A stretch of DNA of 63,985 bases, counting the filler, from Craspedostauros australis (Eukaryota), in the NCBI GenBank assembly GCA_030167865.1. It is 13 parts of 13 records of this genome, joined end to end, with 100 filler letters (N's around TTAATTAATTAA, not from the genome) between each part and the next. Parts side by side here need not be neighbours in the genome. Positions count along the whole stretch, not along the records: positions 29,473 to 35,767 come from JALAGF010005952.1; positions 35,868 to 38,336 come from JALAGF010005954.1; positions 38,437 to 40,048 come from JALAGF010005955.1; positions 40,149 to 44,129 come from JALAGF010005956.1; positions 44,230 to 46,087 come from JALAGF010005958.1; 8 more parts are not named here. The stretch is one strand, 5' to 3'. The notes below the pieces were generated by a model, which made no database searches, was not told where the DNA came from, and saw nothing but the letters and a program-made list of their open reading frames with translations. Shown piece by piece: positions 35,057-46,187 of this stretch; position 1 is the first letter of the stretch; each line of letters opens with the position of its first letter. The position numbers were made by a program, and so were the translations under genes.

Positions 35057-35767
35057 CTCCGCCATGAGCATCATTGTTGGTTCATTGCACAGACAAAGAA
35101 CGCAAGGCAGCAGCATGTTCACAAGCTGTGCGGTCGTCGCAGTGCGGTCGTCACCGTGCCGCCGGATTCGCACACAGAGCACTCTCCACTCCAAGTCACA
35201 CACTGCCAAGCAGATTGAAAGCTACAGTGCCAATGCCAGCCAATCCAAGTTTCTGGAAGAGACGATCTACGAAGAGCACGTGGCGAACAAAGCAGAGGGA
35301 AATGACGAGAAGCCGCAAGGAGCATGGTTGCTACGCGATTCCATCGACCGTCCCGTATCGCGCTATTGTCCTCATCTCCAGGAGTTGCGCTCCCGCCATT
35401 GTGCCAAAACTGCAGTCGAGACCCTCACCAAGTCCCAGAAGGAGCGATCACTCGCCGTTGGAGCAACAAATGCCAGGGTCACCATCCATTCCAATCTTCG
35501 AAGCGACCAGTGCCAGCGTGGCGGAAAGACAAGAACCGACGAGGTAGTGGAGTCCAAGCATCCAGAGAGCTTGACGAGCAACAGAAGCAACCAACGAACC
35601 AATGAGCAACCCCATGCAGAGTGCGAGTTCCGTATTGCGGATCATGGTTGACACAGAGTTTCCATATGGCAGATGAAGCACATGGTCAGCGATCCATGGC
35701 CCATGGATACCGTACACCCACATGTCCTCCTTCGTGGTGCTCCCAACTTCATTTGTGAGGTGGATGT
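35057..35767 (+). repeat. 711-bp direct repeat, copy 2 (scaffold end)
   Basis: Appears identical to 29473-30183. Confidence 0.92.
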
Positions 35768-35866
35768 NNNNNNNNNNNNNNNNNNNNNNNNNNNNNNNNN
35801 NNNNNNNNNNNTTAATTAATTAANNNNNNNNNNNNNNNNNNNNNNNNNNNNNNNNNNNNNNNNNNN

Positions 35867-36203
35867 NGCCATCACGCGTTCCAAGTTGCTGCAGGAGCGA
35901 CGGCTTGAGACGAATCTGCTGCACGACATCGAAGTGGCGCAGCATCAGGCCTGGCAAAAGATGTGGACTCAGCCACGACACGCGATGTACTCGTCGCATG
36001 AGCTGCGCGAGGTGATGGGCATCGATCACGCGTACGCTGCGGCCAGCAGCCCAATCCAATTGCCGCGACACAGATCGTCGGTGTTGTTGCATCAAATGTC
36101 ACCCAACTATGCTTCGCCCAACCAATCGCCATCGTATACGAACGTGATGAAGCGTCGTCTCGATTCCGATATCACAAGGCACATCCAGTCCGTGCCATTT
36201 TAA
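35867..36203 (+). CDS. 3' end of an unknown protein-coding gene, truncated by the scaffold start
   Basis: Frame open from the scaffold edge (AITRSKLLQERRLETNLLHDIEVAQHQAWQKMW..RHIQSVPF*), GC3-rich codons, tandem TAA TAG stops. Confidence 0.5.
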
Positions 36204-37709
36204 TAGCATGCCCATGCTGCCCTTGCGCAAAGAGAGATCCACTCGGAATCACTCAAAGCAATGCACTTGAGTGCAATTGCGAAATGGGATGGGATAGTGT
36301 GGTGTGGCAGTAACAGATAACATCACCTCTCTCTCTCTCTCTCTCTGGTGTTGTTTGACGGAGGTCGTCCGAGTACCCAATCTCTTGCCTCCCGCAACAG
36401 TGAGAATCAACAACAGTAAGAATCAACAATGAATGAGGACAGAATCAAGATGTTTGGAAAAGTGTGGGACTTGTGCCATCTTGTGCGCACGCATTTCTCT
36501 CCTTCAACTTTATCACCGGAATCGTCGCGACCACTAATGACGTAGTTTTGTTCGGTGGAACTCTAATTGCTTGGACGGCTGATTCGTCAGTTGAGTTCTC
36601 TGGACAGAATCTGTGACTTTTCGCGTGTGCTTGTGGAGTCATGATGCCGTTCGCGTTTGTCTATCCCATAATTATCAATGTCACTCAGACAAGAAAAGGC
36701 ATCGCAACAAGATAGCGAAGATGGAGGTGTCTTGCGCACAATTTGCCTGTCCGAACAACGCATCCGATCAACACCATGACGCATGTCACGAGTTGTGGTG
36801 CCCACACGTTTTGTTCCTCCAAACCTTCCCACAACCACTCTGCCTCCAACACACACAGAGAGGGGACTGGAGCGTCTGATCATTCACAAGAGGACACGAG
36901 TGTCGGCACGGTATGGAACTGCGTTTCTGGGAATGCCAAACGCGTAGCCACTCTTCAGCCAGGTCATTCACCACGAAGCAAGCAACGACTGCTGTGGCGA
37001 CATCCTCCTCCTCCTCCTCCGAAGCAGACGGTCAGAGCACCATCTCTCCAAGAGCGCGATTATTCACACGAGTAGATAGTGATAGATAGTGANNNNNNNN
37101 NNNNNNNNNNNNNNNNNNNNNNNNNNNNNNNNNNNNNNNNNNGATGGAGGTGTCTTGCGCACAATTTGCCTGTCCGAACAACGCATCCGATCAACACCAT
37201 GACGCATGTCACGAGTTGTGGTGCCCACACGTTTTGTTCCTCCAAACCTTCCCACAACCACTCTGCCTCCAACACACACAGAGAGGGGACTGGAGCGTCT
37301 GATCATTCACAAGAGGACACGAGTGTCGGCACGGTATGGAACTGCGTTTCTGGGAATGCCAAACGCGTAGCCACTCNNNNNNNNNNNNNNNNNNNNNNNN
37401 NNNNNNNNNNNNNNNNNNNNNNNNNNNNNNNNNNNNNNNNNNNNNNNNNNNNNNNNNNNNNNNNNNNNNNNNNNNNNNNNNNNNNNNNNNNNNNNNNNNN
37501 NNNNNNNNNNNNNNNNNNNNNNNNNNNNNNNNNNNNNNNNNNNNAGAGACCCCCGCATCCTCGTACCTCCGTTCATGCCTCCATTCGTACCTGCACTCAC
37601 TGCCAACAAGTCAATCACAAACGAACGAACCTGATGCGATGGGACAGGATCGCACAGATGCGCAGTACATAGCGATGGGCATCGCGATGACGACATCCAG
37701 CCTGCTCTC

Positions 37710-38336
37710 TGTCAAACAGTGCAAGTAACTACGAAAGATGTATTGGCCCGTTGTTTCGTGCCCTGGTCGGAGCTCTTGTTGTTTATTTGTGAGTGCTGTC
37801 CGAAGACAGCCCCCGACCAGTATTTGACTANNNNNNNNNNNNNNNNNNNNNNNNNNNNNGAATTCTGTGAGAATTGTCACGCCCCTTGATCTCGAGGTAG
37901 ACCTGCATAGAACAGAGTTGTGACAAATGATGTGAGTTCTGGCTTGGCCAGTGCTTTCGTGAGCATATCTGCAAAGTTCCGTTTCGATGGGACATAGACT
38001 GGGACAAGGATTCCAGCTCCCACCGCTTCGCGGACTCTGTGGAATGAGATTGCCACGTGCTTCTTTTGAAGCAAGCTGTCTGCAATGGTCGTGTTCGATA
38101 TCACTGCATTGTTGTCGCCGAACGTGATCGTTGGCGCTTTGACTGTGACTCCCAGAGATCGGAGTGCGTATCAGAGTGCAATGATTTCCTCGGTTGCCGA
38201 GCGCATTGCATTGAATTCTGCTCCGTATGTTGACGTCGCGACTGATGTCTGACGTTTGCTGGAGAAGTGCACTGGGGTGCGCCCCAGGAAGATGATGATG
38301 CCGGTGTTCGATCTCCGCGTGACCAGATCGTGAGCG
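37710..38336 (-). mobile_element. Ty1/Copia 3' end: RNase H, PPT and candidate short 3' LTR (about 37710-37879)
   Basis: AHDLVTRRSNTG..KRQTSVATSTYGAEF..FGDNNAV..KKHVAISFHRVREAV..NFADMLTK with one in-frame TGA (38171-38173). CAAGGGGCG directly precedes TGACA at 37879. The distal LTR end is tentative. Confidence 0.85.
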
Positions 38337-38436
38337 NNNNNNNNNNNNNNNNNNNNNNNNNNNNNNNNNNNNNNNNNNNNTTAATTAATTAANNNNNNNN
38401 NNNNNNNNNNNNNNNNNNNNNNNNNNNNNNNNNNNN

Positions 38437-40048
38437 CGTTTCGAGGGGGTTCGGTTCTCGTTGGGTTCTGGTTAGCCGAAGGGTTTTTGATGTCGGACTG
38501 TACTTCATGGAGGTCTGTTGATACCTCGCCATGTTCACGCTCATAGTGTGTTCTTCCTTCGGTGGTGATGGTTCTTGCGTTTCCGTGGCCATTATATCGG
38601 GATCATCGTCTGCTCTGGTCGTCCTGCTCTTTGTTATGGCTTGTGATATGGTTTCGCTGTGGTATCCGGACTCATGGATTGAGTTCCAGAATATCGTTCT
38701 CGACGTGATGTGATGGAATGGTGTTTTGGAAAGAGGCTTGGTGAGTATGTCGGCGATGTTGTCAACTGACGCAATGTGGGCGAAAACGATGATTCCAGCG
38801 GCGATGCATTCCCGGATTTGGTGAAAGGCCAATGAGCAGTGTTTCTTCTTCAGCGTTGAGGATGGAACCGTAGTATTGAGTACCACNNNNNNNNNNNNNN
38901 NNNNNNNNNNNNNNNNNNNNNNNNNNNNNNNNNNNNNNNNNNNNNNNNNNNNNNNNNNNNNNNNNNNNNNNNNNNNNNNNNNNNNNNNNNNNNNNNNNNN
39001 NNNNNNNNNNNNNNNNNNNNNNNNNNNNNNNNNNNNNTTGCAGATGGTTTTGACGATGGTGTTGTTGATCAGTAGAACCACGCCCGTCATTGATTTCCGT
39101 GTGACCTGGTCATGGCCATGGTCGGCGTCCACGTAGCACGTGATTTGGACCGGTTTCCCTTTTGGTGTTGGTACTGATACGGGGGTGACCTCTGATGCGG
39201 TAGGGTAGAATTCTCTCCAANNNNNNNNNNNNNNNNNNNNNNNNNNNNNNNNNNNNNNNNNNNNNNNNNNGTTCCGGAATATCGTTCTCGACGTGATGTG
39301 GTGGAATGGTGTTTTGGAAAGAGGCTTGGTTAGTATGTCGGCGATGTTGTCAACCGACGCAATGTGGGCGAACACGATGATTCCAGCGGCGATGCATTCC
39401 CGGATTTGGTGGAAAGCCAATGAACAGTGTTTCTTCTTCNGCGTTGAGGATGGGACCGTAGTATTGAGTACCACCGCTTTGTTGTCTCCGAGCATGATTG
39501 CGGGTCCGTCGATGGGGACTCCGAGGTCTCTCAGCATGTAGCGCAGACCTGTGACCGCCTCGGTAGCTATCCTGGCTGCTACCAATTCGGATCTGTAGGT
39601 GGATGTCTCCACTGTGTTCTGTCGCTTGCAGATGGTTTTGACGATGGTGTTGTTGATCAGTAGAACCGCGCCCGTCATGGATTTCCGTGTGACCTGGTCA
39701 TGGCCATGGTCGGCGTCCACGTAACACGTGATTTGAACCGGTTTCCCTTTTGGTGTTGGTACCGATACGGGGGTGACCTCTGATGCGGTAGGGTAGAATT
39801 CTCTCCAATGGCTTGAGAGGGTGGTGTCGATGTTCGTGTGGTCCACTGGGTTGGGGTCGCAGAGGATGGCTCCCCTTTCTCGACCTTTGAGGTACCCGAT
39901 GATACTTTGGATGGTCAGGAGATGTCCTTCCCTTGGTGCCATGGCGAACCGTGCCATCGTCGTTGTGGCGTATTGGATGTCCAGCCTCCCGAGGGTCACG
40001 ACCCAATTGAGGCAACCCAGTATCGATCGGTAGGTCCTGGCGTCTTCA
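38437..40048 (-). mobile_element. Ty1/Copia RT C-terminus and RNase H (RNase H represented twice across gaps)
   Basis: LGRLDIQYATTTMARFAMAPREGHL, YVDADHGHDQVTRKSMTG, KRQNTVETSTY.SEL, LGDNKAV, NIADILTKPL. Confidence 0.9.
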
Positions 40049-40148
40049 NNNNNNNNNNNNNNNNNNNNNNNNNNNNNNNNNNNNNNNNNNNNTTAATTAA
40101 TTAANNNNNNNNNNNNNNNNNNNNNNNNNNNNNNNNNNNNNNNNNNNN

Positions 40149-40197
40149 GTACACAGGGGGTACACAGGGGGGACACAGGGGGGACAGAGGGGGGACA
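40149..40197 (+). repeat. Short tandem repeat of ACACAGGGGG(G/T), about 4 copies, at the scaffold start
   Basis: gtacacagggggtacacaggggggacacaggggggacagaggggggaca. Confidence 0.7.
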
Positions 40198-42021
40198 TTT
40201 TGGATGTTTTGGATGTGATCCAACGGCGAAGTTCTATCTTGTTGTGTTGCTTGGGTTTTGTTCCACAGAAGCCATTCGTTGCGCATCTGTGCGCATGGCA
40301 AACAGCAACCACGATAATGGCGAATGAATCTGCCTGTGTTTACAATACTTAGTAGCACAAAACGTCCAAATGTCTATGTGACATCCCATGGACACAAAGG
40401 CTTTGCATCAACTTCCAAGGCTAGTACATAATGTAGATCACCTGTACTACACAGAAAAAGTACAAGCCACATCATACATGTTTGTCATAGTCTTCACAGT
40501 ATGCATTTAATTAATCCATAAAATATAGTATCTAATGAAGAGAATAAGTGCCTGATTTAGTCGTAGATATGTGCATCATCCATCTGTTGGCTCCAATTCC
40601 TTGCGTTGTGGGTCGTATTCCGACAGAACCTACATTGGAAAGGATAAATATCCTACATTATAACAAGATCAGCGTATTGAGGGCATTCCAATGGGTATAC
40701 TACCAGCTTGCAAACATCTAGATCCATCTGGAAGAGACGCTGGTAACCAAATCTGTGAATCGTANNNNNNNNNNNNNNNNNCATCACACTGTACATTCTT
40801 CTTCATATCTATGCATTCCACAGACCGTTTGGAGCAATCCAACCATCCATATCACTCCAATCACACTCCAAAGAGTACATACATAGAGTGTGGAGTCCTA
40901 GATCCGTCAATGAGGGATCCAATTCTATGGATGCTAATATCACGCAATACTGCACAATGTTAGAACGAAATCAGGGATGGGATTCCGCACCGAAACGTAG
41001 AGTGATCAGATCGTTGTTGGGGTGAGGATGAGTGTTGTTANNNNNNNNNNNNNNNNNNNNNNNNNNNNNNNNNNNNNNNNNNNNNNNNNNAAGTACAAGC
41101 CACATCATACATGTTTGTCATAGTCTTCACAGCATGCATTTAATTAATCCATAAAATATAGTATCTAATGAAGGGAATAAGTGCCTGATTTAGTCGTAGA
41201 TATGTGCATCATCCATCTGTTGGCTCCAATTCCTTGCGTTGTGGGTCGTATTCTGACCAAACCTTCATCNNNNNNNNNNNNNNNNNNNNNNNNNNNNNNN
41301 NNNNNNNNNNNNNNNNNNNNNNNNNNNNNNNNNNNNNNNNNNNNNNNNNNNNNNNNNNNNNNNNNNNNNNNNNNNGTAACCAAATCTGTGAATCGTACGA
41401 TACCGCACGGCACGCATCACACTGTACATTCTTCTTCATATCTATGCATTCCACAGACCATTTGGAGCAATCCAACCATCCATATCACTCCAATCACACT
41501 CCAAAGAGTACATACATAGAGTGTGGAGTCCTAGATCCGTCAAGGAGGGATCCAATTCTATGGATGCGAATATCACGCAATACTGCACAAAAAGCATCAC
41601 GGTAGACAACGTTCTAAGCATATGTCAACATACAATGTTGGTATTATTGCATTCAAAGAAGCGTATCGCTTCGGATATACTCAAATGGGTGTGGTTGTGA
41701 AGTTTGAAGTCTTAGATCTGTCATGAAGGGATTGCTGTCTACAGATGCTGGTATGTCACAATGCTGAACGGTGATCAGATGCTGGTATGTCACAATGCTG
41801 AACGGTGATCATGTTGTTGTACAGCGTTCTGAGAATATGTGCCTATGGCATGTCGACCATATTCCAATCCAATGCTTTGATGACTCCGAACACACTCCAT
41901 AGAGCACNNNNNNNNNNNNNNNNNNNNNNNNNNNNNNNNNNNNNNNNNNNNNNNNNNNNNNNNNNNNNNNNNNNNNNNNNNNNNNNNNNNNNNNNNNNNN
42001 NNNNNNNNNNNNNNNNNNNNN

Positions 42022-44129
42022 GATCACTTCCAAATGGATACACTATTTCAAACTTCATGGCTGTAGCTTTTGCAATCTACTTGGAGTGGTGCGGTTGATA
42101 GCATCTCTCAAGAAGGCTGGCCAAATCCATAGATAGGCAGAAGACTGTACAGCGCCATGCCCACCGCACAGGCCTGTCCCACGCAGAAATCCGTGATATC
42201 AGCATTCATAGAATTGGGTCCCTCCGTGACAGATCTAGGGCGGCAGCTCTATGCAATGGCTGACAGAACAGTTGGACCGGGTCAGNAAGTGGTCAATGGG
42301 TATGAATACAGAGGGCGTATCATCGTCCCAAGCTCGGGGCCGGGACTGGCACAATCTGAGGTGCCAAGCTTGGAGTTTCCCGATCTGATCGGCCAAGTGT
42401 CGCAGACCAAATCTTGGGCAATCCAGGTTCATGATATCATGGGCGACATACTCACATTCACAGAAGCAATGTGATCTGGATTGCTCGTGGAGTGCAGTGA
42501 CGGTTCGGTCACAGCTTTGTAGAGGCGCAGATGGCGCAGGCATACACTCCAAGCATGGTGACAAAGCAGCCAGGCTGTGGATAATCCACCGCACACTGGC
42601 CACCAACAAGGTCATGCAATCGCACCAAGTGGAGCTGGCAGGCATTTACGGGGTCCTCGTCATGCTAGAGGTGATATGCGAGGCATGCCAAGTCACCCAA
42701 GGCAAAGCTGTGCCAGAGTGCAATACCGTGGGTGCTCTCAAGGATCTCGGCCGAGCTTGGAATTTATCCCCAGGGTCCGCAGATGCAGACCTGCAGAGAG
42801 CAGTCCACAATCAAAGTCATAAGCTCCCGATCGAGGTGCAAGGGCAGCACATAAAAGGGCACCAAGGCAGCAGCAGGGCGTGGGCAGAGCTAGACGACTG
42901 GGCCCACCTCAACGTGGAGGCAGATCGACTTGCAGGGGCGGTGCGCGCTTCCCTGTCAGAGGAGTGCGTTTACAGCGGCCATATCTGAGGGGAGCGAGCG
43001 TCATTCCACCGCCAATCCAAGCTGATGTCCATAGGATAGGACAACGTATCGGGGGAGCAAGCCACTCAATAGGCAATTGGTATTCTTCAGGCACAAAAGG
43101 TGTTCAGCAGCGGCGACCAGATACAGTGGGAAGCCATTGCAGGGGAGTTACGAGGCCCCGACCATTCCAAAAGGATTATATCATTCAAACTCATTGCAGG
43201 AGAGGCCGTGACAGGAAAATGCATGCAACGGTGGGGCCTGCGCAGCTCCAATATATGTCCCAGTTGTGGAGAACAGGAGAGCAGCGCGCACTTTTGGGAG
43301 TGCAAGGACCCTTCCAGGGTGAGAGCGGCGGCAAGGCCTGCGGCTGACACCCGCAACTGGATGAATCGATATACAACCAGCCCAGGCGTCTCGCAAGCGA
43401 GAGNNNNNNNNNNNNNNNNNNNNNNNNNNNNNNNNNNNNNNNNNNNNNNNNNNGTGGGTGCTCTCAAGGATCTCGGCCGGGCTTGGAATTTATCCCCAGG
43501 GTCCGCAGATGCAGACCTGCAGAGAGCAGTCCACAATCAAAGTCATAAGCTCCTGATCGAGGTGCAAGGGCGGCACATAAAAGGGCACCAAGACAGCAGC
43601 AGGGCATGGGCAGAGCTAGACGACTGGGCCCACCTCAACGTGGAGGCAGATCGACTTGCAGGGGCGGTGCGCGCTTCCCTGTCAGAGGAGTGCGTTTACA
43701 GCGGCCATATCTGAGGGGAGCGAGCGTCATTCCACCGCCAATCCAAGCTGATGTCCATAGGATAGGACAACGTATCGGGGGAGCAAGCCACTCAATAGGC
43801 AATTGGTATTCTTCAGGCACAAAAGGTGTTCAGCAGCGGCGACCAGATACAGTGGGAAGCCATTGCAGGGGAGTTACGAGGCCCCGACCATTCCAAAAGG
43901 ATTATATCATTCAAACTCATTGCAGGAGAGGCCGTGACAGGAAAATGCATGCAACGGTGGGGCCTGCGCAGCTCCAATATATGTCCCAGTTGTGGAGAAC
44001 AGGAGAGCAGCGCGCACTTTTGGGAGTGCAAGGACCCTTCCAGGGTGAGAGCGGCGGCAAGGCCTGCGGCTGACACCCGCAACTGGATGAATCGATATAC
44101 AACCAGCCCAGGCGTCTCGCAAGCGAGAG
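42022..44129 (+). mobile_element. Degenerate non-LTR (LINE) retrotransposon ORF2 C-terminal region with RNase H and CCHC finger, Ambal-like; 42728-43403 duplicated at 43454-44129
   Basis: RNase H motifs ELAGIYGVL..HIKGHQD..LNVEADRLAG followed by CPSCGEQESSAHFWEC. Frameshifts and stops present. Confidence 0.8.
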
Positions 44130-44230
44130 NNNNNNNNNNNNNNNNNNNNNNNNNNNNNNNNNNNNNNNNNNNNTTAATTAATTAANNNNNNNNNNNNNNN
44201 NNNNNNNNNNNNNNNNNNNNNNNNNNNNNT

Positions 44231-46087
44231 GGACCCGAACGGGTCAGGGGCGTCGAGGTCGACGCAAATACTACTCCATCGGAGGATCAATGGTTTGGGC
44301 GGCCGAACATCGTGCCTGACGACGGTGGCATGCGCGGGCAGAACGCTGCTGGCATGATATCGGACGACGACGACGACGGCGACGACATTCCAGATGATGA
44401 CATCTCAGTGGAGTCCGACGGCTCGGCGGCGGAACCCATGCCGGATCCACCGGAGCAGCGGACTCAGGGGCGTCAAAGCTCTCTTGCAGAGCGAGAACAC
44501 GATGAAATGTTTCAGAATCAGGTCGACAAGGTCGATCCAAATGAGCAAGACATCACCAGCATCATCGGACACAGCTTCCGAGACGGACATCTACACCTTC
44601 ACGCAAGGTGGGATAGCGATGACACACAATGGTTTCGATACGACATCCTACGGGCAGATCATCCGGAGCTCGTGGCTCGCTACATTGTCGCGAACAAGCC
44701 TACTCGACATGGACGGCACAATCGTCAATCGCAAACGATATTGAAATGGGCAACCCATGCACTACGAGCGATCAGACGGCGCATCCAACGAATCGAGCGT
44801 ACGCATCAATTCTCAATCGATGGCAATGACAACGTGACAATCATACGACGGGTCCGGCCAGGAAAGAAGAAGCAGAAGAAAGACTTCTTCGCAACTGTAT
44901 TTCAATATGGAGTCGAGGTTCCACGCAATATGAGACACGCTTTGCAACTCGACCAGGCCAACAATAACGACTTGTGGAAGGCAGCAGCCAAGAAGGAAAT
45001 CGATGCACTCATCGAACTCGACTGCTTCGAATTCCATCCGTCAACACATCGACCATCATCCGAATATCAGAGCACGAAGCTCAGACTCATCTTCGCAGTC
45101 AAACAGGACCTGCGACGCAAGGCACGACTCGTAGCGGGAGGACACCTCATCGAGTTGGCAGACAACATCCGTGTCTACTCATCGACAGTCAAGTCTACCA
45201 GCGTGAGAATACTCGACGTCATCGCCGACGCGAACAAACTGGACCAGCTCTGCGGCGATGTCGGCAATGCATTCGTCAACGCATACACCAACGAGAAGAT
45301 ATATGCAACAGCAGGCAAGGAATTCGACCACCGGGAAGGCCAGACAATCGTGCTCAAGAAAGCACTGTACGGGCTCAGATCCAGTGCACAACGATTCCAC
45401 GCACACTTCGCGAATACACTATCCTCGATGGGATTCAAGCCATCACGACATGACCAGGACGTCTGGATCAGACTTCGTGACGAGTCCGGATATGATTACA
45501 TCTGCACACATGTGGATGACTTCAAGATCGTGGCCAAGGACCCACAGAAATATATGAAGTCCATCCAGCAGGTATACACGATCAAGGATATCGGACCTCC
45601 CAAGTACTACCTTGGGAACGACTATTCCAGGAATGCCAAGGGCAAATGGAGCGTTGGATGTGACAAGTACATCGCCAACGCACTGGACAAAGTCGAGCGC
45701 CAACACGGGCAGCTACACAACCAGCACGTTCCTATGCGGAACAAGGATCATCCAGAGACGGACGATACCGAACTACTAACACCTGACGAGCAACAGCAGT
45801 TCCAGCAGCTCATCGGCATGCTGAACTGGGTCGTTCAGCTCGGACGTTTCGACGTCGCATTTGCAACTTCTTCACTTTCACGTTTCACTGCATCACCACG
45901 CAAGGGACACCTTGTGCGAGCGCTCAAGATATGGGGCTATCTCAAGCACAAGGCAACTCTCCGCACGCAGATCGACTCCAAGCCAATGATATTCGACAAC
46001 TTTCCATCGACTCCATCCAATCCGAAATTGGTGGCGCAAATGAAGGAGGAATACCCAGAAGCTATGGAGGACCTCGACAGCGGTGCT
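44231..46087 (+). mobile_element. Ty1/Copia pol fragment: chromo-like domain plus reverse transcriptase, uninterrupted ORF truncated at both scaffold ends
   Basis: YGVEVPRNMRHALQLDQANNNDLWK, RKARLVAGGH, GDVGNAF, KKALYGLRSS, YICTHVDD, YYLGND, LIGMLNWVVQLGRFDV. Confidence 0.93.
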
Positions 46088-46187
46088 NNNNNNNNNNNNN
46101 NNNNNNNNNNNNNNNNNNNNNNNNNNNNNNNTTAATTAATTAANNNNNNNNNNNNNNNNNNNNNNNNNNNNNNNNNNNNNNNNNNNN

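Noticed and set aside
29473..35767. 711-bp repeats as LTRs of a retrotransposon
   Set aside because: No TG..CA boundaries, PBS, PPT or gag/pol are visible, and the repeat limits coincide with scaffold ends.
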